A DNA stretch of 64,000 bases. It comes from Candidatus Cloacimonadales bacterium (GTDB lineage Bacteria > Cloacimonadota > Cloacimonadia > Cloacimonadales > JAFGVF01). A program made the translations under genes and the position numbers. The stretch lies in assembly GCA_963662585.1 (NCBI GenBank), contig OY759729.1, positions 3,232,031 through 3,296,030 on the forward strand, in the 5' to 3' direction. The notes beneath the pieces were generated by a model. That model saw nothing but the letters and a program-made list of their open reading frames with translations, made no database searches and had not been told where the DNA came from. Shown here in pieces: positions 10,721-19,605 of this stretch; the stretch's first letter is position 1, and each line of letters opens with the position of its first letter.

Positions 10721-11836
10721 ATGAAGAAGATATTTTGGTTAGTTGGGGAGATGTCCGGTGATCTGCATGCTTCCTTTGTGCTTGATAAATTAAATAAATC
10801 AGGCAACTACTCACATTATGGTGTTGGTGGTGAAAAGATGCAAAAGGCAGGTTTTCAAAACCTATTTGAATTTAAGAGATTCAATGTTATGGGTTTTGCT
10901 GAAGTTATCAAGCATTTGTATTTCTTTATGAGAGTAGAAAAGCAGATAAAAGAGATATTAACTAATAACAGACCTGATTTGGTGGTTTTAGTTGATTATC
11001 CCGGACTAAACCTCAGAATCGCCAAAATAGCTAAAGAATTAGGTATAAAAGTTCTCTATTATATTTGTCCTCAATTTTGGGCTTGGAAACATAAAAGAAT
11101 ATTTAAAATTAAAGAATATACAGATTTTGTCTGTTGTATTAATCCTTTTGAATCTCCTTTATTGGATGAATATGATGTTTCTAATCAATTTGTTGGTCAT
11201 CCTGTAGCAGAAGAAATATCAGCGGAGATGAGTAAAGAGGACTTTGCTAAAAAATATAATTTAGATATTAATAAAGAGTGGATTGGCTTATTTCCTGGGA
11301 GTAGAAAAGCAGAGTTTCAAAGACATATAGATGTTTTTAGATCTCTAGTGTTACTTGATTCTAAGAGAGAGTATTTACTTTCCATTGCAGATGACGCATT
11401 TCTTGAAATTACTAACCTTCAAACACTTCCTGGCAATGTTAAATTAATCAAAGATCTTAACTATGACATAATGAAACACAGTGATTTTGTTGTAGCTAAA
11501 TCAGGTACAACAACTTTAGAAACAACTCTTTTTGCAACTCCTCTGGTTATTATTTATAAAGTACATCCTATTACTTTGAAGATTGCCCGAAAAATTACTA
11601 GAGTGAAATACTTAGGTTTGCCAAATTTAATTGCTAATAAATTAATAGTTAAAGAGTTAATTCAGGAAGATGCAAATCCTAGTAGAATTCTGGAAGAGAT
11701 AAACAATATTCTAGGGAATAAAGAAAAGAAAGAAGATTTTGTTAAAGTCTTAGACGGTATAAAACACCTCTTAGGTGATCAAAGTGCCTCCACAAATTGC
11801 GCGAATAAAATTATTGAGATGTTAGATAATGAATAA
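10721..11836 (+). CDS. lpxB: Lipid-A-disaccharide synthase
   Basis: GEMSGDLH, VDYPGLN, PQFWAWK, FVGHP, PGSRKAE and SGTTTLE motifs. Confidence 0.95.
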   Translation: MKKIFWLVGEMSGDLHASFVLDKLNKSGNYSHYGVGGEKMQKAGFQNLFEFKRFNVMGFAEVIKHLYFFMRVEKQIKEILTNNRPDLVVLVDYPGLNLRIAKIAKELGIKVLYYICPQFWAWKHKRIFKIKEYTDFVCCINPFESPLLDEYDVSNQFVGHPVAEEISAEMSKEDFAKKYNLDINKEWIGLFPGSRKAEFQRHIDVFRSLVLLDSKREYLLSIADDAFLEITNLQTLPGNVKLIKDLNYDIMKHSDFVVAKSGTTTLETTLFATPLVIIYKVHPITLKIARKITRVKYLGLPNLIANKLIVKELIQEDANPSRILEEINNILGNKEKKEDFVKVLDGIKHLLGDQSASTNCANKIIEMLDNE

Positions 11837-12431
11837 ATTTTTATTAAAAGTTGAAAAGCACTTAGGCTCATTTATCTTAAATCTATTAAATATAACCATA
11901 AGAAAAGAACGCTTAGGAGAATATCCAAGCGAACCTGCAGTATTCATGATGTGGCATAGAGATCAAATTCCCTTAGCCTTAGTAAATAAAAATAAGAATA
12001 TTGGTGTTTTGATATCACAATCTAAAGATGGAGAACTAATCTCTGGACCTGTTTCAAAATTGGGTTATATCCCTGTGAGAGGCTCTTCTACAAGAGGAGG
12101 AACTCAGGCTCTTAGAGGATTGTTATCACACCTTAAACATGATTGTGTCGCTATAACACCTGATGGGCCACGAGGACCAATTTATACGATTAAAGATGGA
12201 TTGCTTACAACTGCTTATCTTTCCAAAAGACCTATAATACCAGTTTCTATAGATGTGAGCAGGGAGTGGGTTTTCAATTCATGGGATAAATTTAGGTTCC
12301 CCAAACCCTTCTCCAAGATTAGGATTAAATTTGGTAAGAAGTTCTTTGTCGAGAATAAAGAGGATATTCCTGCCATTAAAGATGCTCTCAAAGAAGAAAT
12401 AGATGCTATGTATAGGTCTATTAAATTTTAA
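11829..12431 (+). CDS. DUF374 / lysophospholipid acyltransferase-family protein
   Basis: WH, SQSKDGE, VRGSSTRGG, ITPDGPRGP and SWDKFRFPKPF motifs. Confidence 0.85.
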   Translation: MNKFLLKVEKHLGSFILNLLNITIRKERLGEYPSEPAVFMMWHRDQIPLALVNKNKNIGVLISQSKDGELISGPVSKLGYIPVRGSSTRGGTQALRGLLSHLKHDCVAITPDGPRGPIYTIKDGLLTTAYLSKRPIIPVSIDVSREWVFNSWDKFRFPKPFSKIRIKFGKKFFVENKEDIPAIKDALKEEIDAMYRSIKF

Positions 12432-12444
12432 TCTAGTCGGTAAT

Positions 12445-13893
12445 CTACTTAATAAACAGAAGCTTTTGCATTATTTTTTCAGTCTTAGATTCATACTTCA
12501 CCAGATAAATTCCACTCGCCATTCTTTGGCCATTAGTATCTCTTCCATCCCACACATATTTCTTCTGATTTGTATTTTCTAAGCTTCTAACAAATTGTCC
12601 TTTAAGATTATATATTTCAACTCGGGCAGAATTGCTTTTGGAAGATAGTGACTCTATGGTTACCTCTTTACTAAAAGGACTGGGATAAATGCTTAAAGTT
12701 GGTATTGGCTCAATTTCAGTTTCTGAATTAGGAGTAAAGTTATAAAACAATTCAGAAGAGAAGTTTAGGGTAGATGAAGCTTGTAGGTTTATAAAATCTC
12801 TCATGTCATTATCATTTATCTCTTCATTGTCCCATTGGATTTTCATATTTTCCATAGAATCGTAGACTTCTCTTTCTCTATCACTGAAAGTTTGCAGAAG
12901 TGAAAAATTAGCCGAATTAACAAAGTGGGAAGTGTCTAAGAAATAGTCATTATCAGAATTCCAGAGAATACTAACTAATTCTGGAGAGTTTTCGGAAAGG
13001 TTATTGATTGGCTCAAGAGTAGGCTTGACAGTAGGTAAAAGTGGTATTGCATAAGAAACAAAAGGGTTGCCCATAATTAACCACATAGTAGAAAGTCTTG
13101 GATCTTCACCCTCTTCCACACCTTCAATCACTACTGCAGAGATTGTACTTCTACGACAGATACTATAATCTGTGTAAAATATTGGGGTCTCATCTCCAAA
13201 TTGCCAAGGTAATGGGAAGGGCTGAGATTGAGAATCCGACACATCTCTGATCTGTTTCATGAGAAGATTTGGTACTGTTAGTTCATTATTAGAGACTAGT
13301 CCTTCGATAATTTCAGTAGAACGAACAAGTCTTTCAATTCCTTCTGTTCCACCACCATTTACAGAATGATTGGTTCTTAGCAGGTAATCATTAGGAGTAT
13401 CATCAGTATCAAATACCCAATAATTGCTATTATTAACTTCATATAGCTTACTATTACCTTGGGCATCAAAAGCTACAAAATTACCTCGTAACTCTAAATC
13501 TATAGTACTTGTAGTAGTTAGATAATCCAGATAATCTTCAAAATCTTCTAAATCTTCGACTAATCCTAGAGCATTGTAGATTAGATTGCCATTATAAAAC
13601 ACGCCTGTATCAACAGTAAGATCATCTGACAATGAGTTTGCTATAGCAAATCCCATTTCATTTACTCCCATCCAAACTCTTGCTTCTCCAGGAGTAGAAA
13701 TTCCAACAAATTTATAAGTCATATTCTCAACGAAGCGTATAGTGTTGGTAGTAGAAGGAGATATATCTCTTGATTTCCATAATATAGGTTTATTAGACGC
13801 ACTTATCTCATGAGAAGCAATTCCTATAGTGCAGGAAAATACTTCTATTATACTAAGCAGGAATATTATAATTAAGGTGTATTTTTGTCTCAT
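12445..13893 (-). CDS. Secreted Ntn-hydrolase (peptidase C45/choloylglycine hydrolase-like) with C-terminal FlgD-Ig/T9SS-type domain
   Basis: Signal peptide followed directly by CT nucleophile; WKSRD, MGVNEMG and RTNHS motifs; tail YPSPF...IYNLKGQFVR...WDGRD...ASGIY. Confidence 0.75.
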   Translation of the reverse strand: MRQKYTLIIIFLLSIIEVFSCTIGIASHEISASNKPILWKSRDISPSTTNTIRFVENMTYKFVGISTPGEARVWMGVNEMGFAIANSLSDDLTVDTGVFYNGNLIYNALGLVEDLEDFEDYLDYLTTTSTIDLELRGNFVAFDAQGNSKLYEVNNSNYWVFDTDDTPNDYLLRTNHSVNGGGTEGIERLVRSTEIIEGLVSNNELTVPNLLMKQIRDVSDSQSQPFPLPWQFGDETPIFYTDYSICRRSTISAVVIEGVEEGEDPRLSTMWLIMGNPFVSYAIPLLPTVKPTLEPINNLSENSPELVSILWNSDNDYFLDTSHFVNSANFSLLQTFSDREREVYDSMENMKIQWDNEEINDNDMRDFINLQASSTLNFSSELFYNFTPNSETEIEPIPTLSIYPSPFSKEVTIESLSSKSNSARVEIYNLKGQFVRSLENTNQKKYVWDGRDTNGQRMASGIYLVKYESKTEKIMQKLLFIK

Positions 13894-13970
13894 ATAACTA
13901 ATCTAAAGCAATTATTGAACCTAAGCAAGGAATATTTAAAAAAGATATTTTTTCCAAAGTGTTAAATTAT

Positions 13971-15308
13971 TTACTTAAAGAGATTTACTACTCCACTTAA
14001 TCTCTTTAGCATTAATCTTTTCTTATCAACTCCCTTGATATCTTTGCCTAACTCTAATCCTGAGATTACGGTTTTACCAATTATATATCGACCTTCTTTC
14101 CCCCAGAAACTCTCAGTTCTTAGCCCCCAGATATTGTGTATAACGATAGGCTTGCCTGCTTCTTCACCAAGATAAAGCATTATGTGACCAGGGATTCTAA
14201 CTAAGGTAGAAAAAGGAGTGCTATTCTCTATTATAAAATCATTATAGTCTTCTAAATCAATATCAGCAACAGTGAGAAATTCGCCACCATGAGAAGCTTG
14301 GTGATTTCCGTTACGAGGTAAGATTAAGCCAAAAGGAGTAAAGATGTCTAAGGTCATTTGAGAACAGTCCCGATTAAAGTACATTCCACCCCAACCATAG
14401 TTTTGTTTCATCATCTTGCTGGCAAGTGAGGCAACATTGTTTTGGGTAAGGGGAATTGGCATTCTTTGACCATTATTTAAGGGAATATTAATTACTATCA
14501 GCTCTGCAAAACCCCACTCATTCCTTTTCACAAATGTAGCTTTATAATTCACTTCATCTTTAAAGAGAAAAGAGAAGAAGGTCCCAATATCGGCACTAGC
14601 TAAATATTCTCCTGTTTTGGAATAGATTGGAGTTCTATCTTCAGTAACAACAACGCGATTAGCTTTTGATAAAGATTCAATTATATCATTATTAATAAAA
14701 GCAATATTATCTTTTTCTACCCAGCCACTACAGAGGTGAGAACTAATCAATACCCAATTATCAATTTCGTGATAGATAAAGATTGGAGTTGCCATAGGTA
14801 TTGTGGAGTTTTGCCAGTAATCGAAAGGATATCCCTCTCCAGCTCTATCAAAATCTAAAAAGTAAGGTTTATTGGAAGGTAAAACTCGGATATGATCTTT
14901 GCGAAGCATAATTCCTTTTTTTAGTTTGTTGAAACCATTTGCCAAGTTAGTTCTAGACTGCATTAAATCAAAAAATGTTGAGTCTCGCTTTAGTTTATTC
15001 TCTCCGATACCAGGATATTCTTTCAAGGAGGCCACTTTTTTCTGATAATACTCTAATAGATTATTTGTTGCTAGGGTATCTGCTAAGAGTGAGTCGGACC
15101 AGCAATAAAAGTAGCGTTTCAGGGAAAGTGAATCAGTTTTAGCCTGAACTTCAGGAGAACACAGAAGAGAATCAGCTCTTTCAGGATTAACAAAATCATA
15201 AGGGTTTTGAGAATAGTGAACAAGGTCATAGGGTAGCTTCTGGTTAGAAGAACAAGCTAAGGTGATTAGGAAGAGTACTGGAATTATTACTTTTAATATA
15301 TTTTTCAT
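13971..15308 (-). CDS. NlpC/P60-family lipoprotein with SH3-like domains (cell-wall endopeptidase)
   Basis: Lipobox LITLAC; YGWGG...RDCS, LPRN, GHIMLY and HNIWG motifs. ATG 15308 follows GAGGT (ORF track starts at 15320). Confidence 0.88.
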   Translation of the reverse strand: MKNILKVIIPVLFLITLACSSNQKLPYDLVHYSQNPYDFVNPERADSLLCSPEVQAKTDSLSLKRYFYCWSDSLLADTLATNNLLEYYQKKVASLKEYPGIGENKLKRDSTFFDLMQSRTNLANGFNKLKKGIMLRKDHIRVLPSNKPYFLDFDRAGEGYPFDYWQNSTIPMATPIFIYHEIDNWVLISSHLCSGWVEKDNIAFINNDIIESLSKANRVVVTEDRTPIYSKTGEYLASADIGTFFSFLFKDEVNYKATFVKRNEWGFAELIVINIPLNNGQRMPIPLTQNNVASLASKMMKQNYGWGGMYFNRDCSQMTLDIFTPFGLILPRNGNHQASHGGEFLTVADIDLEDYNDFIIENSTPFSTLVRIPGHIMLYLGEEAGKPIVIHNIWGLRTESFWGKEGRYIIGKTVISGLELGKDIKGVDKKRLMLKRLSGVVNLFK

Positions 15309-15470
15309 ATTATACCTCATAGATTTAATTTAAAAAATAGTAATGTAGATAAGATATGTCAATAAGAATTTTTAATTATTTTAGAAATATCAAGTCTTAG
15401 TTAAATAATTCTTGCCTCACACTCCTAGTCGGATAAAATTGTCTAAAATATCTTAAGGTGTAAATATTAA

Positions 15471-16769
15471 ATGAAAAATATAAATATTGTTGGTGCTGGC
15501 TTAGCAGGTTGTGAAGCTGCGTTAAATTTTGCTGATGCTGGATGGCAAGTCAAACTCTTCGAAATGAAACCCAAGAAGTTCTCAGAAGCTCATAAATTAT
15601 CTGGTTTTGCAGAATTAGTCTGTAGTAACTCTTTAAAGTCTCAACTAGCTACAACTGGGTCAGGACTTCTTAAAGAGGAAATGAAATTATTAGGGGGAAA
15701 ACTACTAGGCATAGCTGAAGAGTGTTCAGTCCCTGCCGGAAATGCTCTAGCTGTTGATAGAGAAGGCTTTTCTCAAGCTGTTACTTCTCTAATTACTAAT
15801 CATCCTAATATTACAGTAATAAATGAAGAATTTAGCTCTATAGATGATTCACTTACTGTTATTGCTACAGGACCTCTCTCATCTGATAAAATTATTGATG
15901 CTTTAACTCCTTACTTACCAGAATCAAGTCTTTACTTCTTCGATGCCATTGCTCCAATAGTGGAAAAAGATTCTATAAATTTCGAAAGAGCTTATTTTAA
16001 GAGTAGATATGATAAAGGGGAAGCTGATTATATAAACTGTCCTTTCTCAAAAGAAGAATATTATACTTTTGTTGAAGCTTTAAATGATTCTGAAAAGCAT
16101 GAAGCTAAAGAATTCGAAAATAAGTATTTTAATGATGTAAAGTTTAAGTTTTATGAGAATTGCACTCCCATTGAAGAGTTAGCTAGAAGAGGCAAAGATA
16201 CTCTTAGATTTGGCGTGCTCCGACCTGTTGGCTTAGAAGATCCCAAGACAGATAGAAGACCTTTTGCTGCCCTTCAACTTAGAATCGAAAATAGTGGACA
16301 GAATGCCTATAATTTAGTTGGATGTCAAACTATGCTTAAATATGGAGAACAGAAGAGAGTTTTTAGACTTATACCAGGTTTAGAAACAGCTAACTTCCTC
16401 AGATATGGATCTATTCATCGTAATACTTATCTGAATGCACCTCAAGTTCTAAATCCTAATTTATCCCTGAAAAACAAAGCTAATGTCTTTATTGCAGGTC
16501 AATTAGCAGGGGTAGAAGGATATGCAGAATCAATCTTTATCGGACTTCTCATCTTCCATATTATCAATAATGATTTAAAATCTTTACCTGATGTTACTAT
16601 ATCAGGTCAACTCTGGAATCATCTACGCACTGAACAAAAGAACTTTCAGCCTATGAATGCTAACTTCGGACTGCTCCCAGCGATTGATATTAGAGAAAAA
16701 AAGAAGAAAAAAGAGATGCATGCTGAAAGGTCTATCTTAGCCTTAAAAGCCTTTTTATCAAGTCTTTAA
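15471..16769 (+). CDS. trmFO: Folate/FAD-dependent tRNA m5U54 methyltransferase
   Basis: GAGLAGCEAA, ELVCSNSL, ALAVDRE, HRNTY, AGQLAGVEGY and FQPMNANFG motifs. Confidence 0.96.
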   Translation: MKNINIVGAGLAGCEAALNFADAGWQVKLFEMKPKKFSEAHKLSGFAELVCSNSLKSQLATTGSGLLKEEMKLLGGKLLGIAEECSVPAGNALAVDREGFSQAVTSLITNHPNITVINEEFSSIDDSLTVIATGPLSSDKIIDALTPYLPESSLYFFDAIAPIVEKDSINFERAYFKSRYDKGEADYINCPFSKEEYYTFVEALNDSEKHEAKEFENKYFNDVKFKFYENCTPIEELARRGKDTLRFGVLRPVGLEDPKTDRRPFAALQLRIENSGQNAYNLVGCQTMLKYGEQKRVFRLIPGLETANFLRYGSIHRNTYLNAPQVLNPNLSLKNKANVFIAGQLAGVEGYAESIFIGLLIFHIINNDLKSLPDVTISGQLWNHLRTEQKNFQPMNANFGLLPAIDIREKKKKKEMHAERSILALKAFLSSL

Positions 16770-17116
16770 TAATGCTTATTCTTTGCACTTATAATGCTCC
16801 ATCCATGCTTCATCTCACTTATCTGCACTAATTGTTGAAGTGTATTTGAGATTTAAGTTAAGGAGTAAGGGAAGAGTAAAGAGTAATGAATAATGAGAAA
16901 TGAGTAAAGAGGAAAAGATCTTTCATACGAATTAACGCGAATTAAATCAAATCTTGAGGTTTCTTCGCATAAGCTAGGTCAACTCAGGGGAATTTAGAAA
17001 ATATCCAGAAGGAATTAAATAGATTAGCCCATGGTCTCATTTTTCAAAGAAAAATGAGCTCTGGGTAAAGATTCCCTATGAAAATCTAACCCTGTAGGTG
17101 TTTTATTCTCCATTAA

Positions 17117-17426
17117 TGCTCCAGAGGAGCTAACTCTTTGTAGAACAAGATAATCTCCTAAAGAGTGCTTCGACCTGTTAAAGTCGAAGCAGTGTTGAAA
17201 AAAATATAAGAATACCTCAAATGAATAATATTATGGATATAACAAGAGCTCGTAAACTCACCTCTTTAGTGCTGAAAGCAGGCTAAAAGATGGTAGGCTT
17301 CCTTTTAGACTAGGTCCTAACATGGGTGGTATTTTAGATTACTGGCTGTATTGTGCTCCAGAGGAGCTAACTCTCTGTAGAACAAGATAATCCCTTAAAG
17401 AATGCTTCGACCTATTAAGGTCGAAG
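17117..17426. repeat. Two 73-bp direct copies of a REP/REPIN-like double-hairpin element (17117-17189 and 17354-17426)
   Basis: 67/73 identical by manual alignment; each has GCTCC-AGA-GGAGC, a GTAG tetranucleotide and a CTTCGAC...GTCGAAG hairpin. Confidence 0.85.
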
Positions 17427-17706
17427 GGGAAGTGTAGAAGAGTAACTCACGAGAATAATTTTATAACTTTATTCACGAACGAAAATTATTATAATATTTG
17501 CTGACTGGATTCTACACGGGATATATATAGTTTATTAATCCCTTTTAATCTAGGCTAATACATCTCCTTCACAAAAGAGGGGTTAGTTCCTGTTAATCTA
17601 CTTATCCAATTTCAGGAATCGATGAAAACAAAAAATAACTTGAGAAAAGAATTGACACGAAATTCAATAATACAATAATTAAAAAAAATGTTAAGGAGTG
17701 TGCAAA

Positions 17707-18171
17707 ATGAAAAAAGGTAAAACAAATATTCAGTTTCAAGGAGTTGGATTCGCGATAACAATCACAGGATTATTAAAAGTTTTATGGAATAAAGTTTTCC
17801 CTGAACTATTTGGTTGGAAAAAAATCACCTATTGGCAAAGTATCATGTTATATTTAATTTGCAAAGCCTTATTTGATTTTAGATATAATATCAAAGATTC
17901 ATTCAATTTTGGTAATAATAATATTAATAGTGATGGGGTTAGTAAAAAAGCTCCTATTAAAGCAAATGATGAAGAGGTCAAAGAAGCAGAAGTTCCTAAT
18001 CCTCAAGAGACAGAAGAAGTCAATACTGCTGAAAATGTAGATGTAGAAATTGATGTAGAAGAAGCTGAAGTTGAAGAAGTAGTAGAGCAAGTAGAAGAGT
18101 CAAAAGATGAAACAACTAACGACGATGATGAAGTTATTGAATTTGCTAAAAAAGAAAAAAAAGGTAAATAA
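17707..18171 (+). CDS. Hypothetical membrane protein with an acidic, probably disordered C-terminal tail
   Basis: AAGGAG RBS before ATG 17707; LWNKVFPELFGWKKITYWQ-type hydrophobic N-domain; E/D-rich tail. Confidence 0.75.
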   Translation: MKKGKTNIQFQGVGFAITITGLLKVLWNKVFPELFGWKKITYWQSIMLYLICKALFDFRYNIKDSFNFGNNNINSDGVSKKAPIKANDEEVKEAEVPNPQETEEVNTAENVDVEIDVEEAEVEEVVEQVEESKDETTNDDDEVIEFAKKEKKGK

Positions 18172-18357
18172 ATCCTAAGTGTAATTTTACTAAAAACTTA
18201 AAAGATAGAATCTTAGGAAAAATAATTAATAAAAAACTTTAGGAATATTGTTACTAAGGCAAAAAAAATCTTGTCATCATTATTCATCAAAATAAAGTAA
18301 CACAAAGTTACTAATTCTTAATAGAGTTAGTTCTTAAGTTAAATTAGAAGAGGATTA

Positions 18358-19329
18358 ATGAAGATTGGACTTACAACCTCACTTCCCATAGAAGTGATAT
18401 ATGCTAGTAACAATATTCCTATTGATTTAAATAATATATTAGTATCAGGGAATGCTGAAAAAAGTGTAACTTACGCAGAAAAAAGCGGGTTTCCTCGGAA
18501 TATCTGTGCCTGGATTAAGGGACTTTATAGCGTAGCTTTAGACTCCGGTATTGATGAATTAGTAGGTGTTGTAGAGGGTGATTGTTCAAATACCCACTCC
18601 TTAATGTCTGTTCTTAAGAGTGAAGGCATAGCAGTTTCTTCCTTTTCATTTCCCTACAATAGAGAAAAGGAAAGTCTTAAAAGAGAAATTGAATCTTTTG
18701 CTAAACACTATAATGTTAGTATGGAAGAAGTATATCGAACAAAGATAAAATTAGATGAGATTAGAAAGAAACTAATTAGACTAGATGAGCTTACTTACTT
18801 AGAAAATAAAGTAACAGGCTTAGAAAACCATATTTGGTTAGTTAGTAGCTCGGACTTTAATGGTGATTATGAAAAATTCGACAAGGAATTAACTGATTTT
18901 ATCCAAGAGGCTGAAAAGAGAAATACCCGAAAAAATGAGTTAAGAATCGCCTATCTGGGAGTTCCTCCTATTATTACTGATCTTTATTCTACTTTTGAAG
19001 AATTAGGTGCAAGGGTTGTCTTTAATGAAGTTCAAAGACAATTTGCTATGCCTTATTTAGAGAAGGATATTGTCCAACAATACCATAGATATAGCTATCC
19101 TTATAGTGTGGAATACAGAATTGAAGATATATTGTTGGAACTAGAAAAAAGAAAGATCGATGCTGTAATCAGTTATACTCAATCTTTTTGCCATAGGCAG
19201 ATAGATAATATTCTGCTTAAGAAACATATTAACTTGCCGATATTAGTATTGGAAGGTGATAGACCTGGAAAACTTGATGAAAGAACGAAGTTGAGGATTG
19301 AGAGTTTCTTGGAAATGCTAGAGAATTGA
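18358..19329 (+). CDS. 2-hydroxyacyl-CoA dehydratase D-component family FeS protein
   Basis: GFPRNICAW, GDCSN, SFCHR and LRIESFLEM motifs (three FeS cysteines). Confidence 0.85.
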   Translation: MKIGLTTSLPIEVIYASNNIPIDLNNILVSGNAEKSVTYAEKSGFPRNICAWIKGLYSVALDSGIDELVGVVEGDCSNTHSLMSVLKSEGIAVSSFSFPYNREKESLKREIESFAKHYNVSMEEVYRTKIKLDEIRKKLIRLDELTYLENKVTGLENHIWLVSSSDFNGDYEKFDKELTDFIQEAEKRNTRKNELRIAYLGVPPIITDLYSTFEELGARVVFNEVQRQFAMPYLEKDIVQQYHRYSYPYSVEYRIEDILLELEKRKIDAVISYTQSFCHRQIDNILLKKHINLPILVLEGDRPGKLDERTKLRIESFLEMLEN

Positions 19330-19396
19330 GACAAAGGCAAAGAGACAAAGGCAAAGAGACAAAGGGACAAAGAGATAGAGAGATAAAGAGATAAAA
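19328..19396 (+). repeat. Degenerate 6-8-bp purine-rich tandem repeat (GAGACAAA/GGCAAA/GAGATAAA)
   Basis: About nine units visible immediately after the dehydratase stop codon. Confidence 0.8.
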
Positions 19397-19605
19397 AGAA
19401 AAATACTTTCACACGATTTAACGCGAATCTAGGGGCGTATTACCATAGGCCTTCTTGAATTTTCACGAATTTAGAAAATATCCCAGAGGGATGTCATATA
19501 ATAAGGAGTGTTCGCAAGGCACTCCAAGAGGCCTCGGAAAGTGCTTGGCCTGGTCAGAGAACATAAAAGTTAATAAAAAAAATAAAATATAAATATGGAG
19601 AAATA

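Noticed and set aside
19179..19412. Minus-strand 77-aa ORF
   Set aside because: Its N-terminus is just the translated purine tandem repeat and the rest is antisense to the dehydratase gene.
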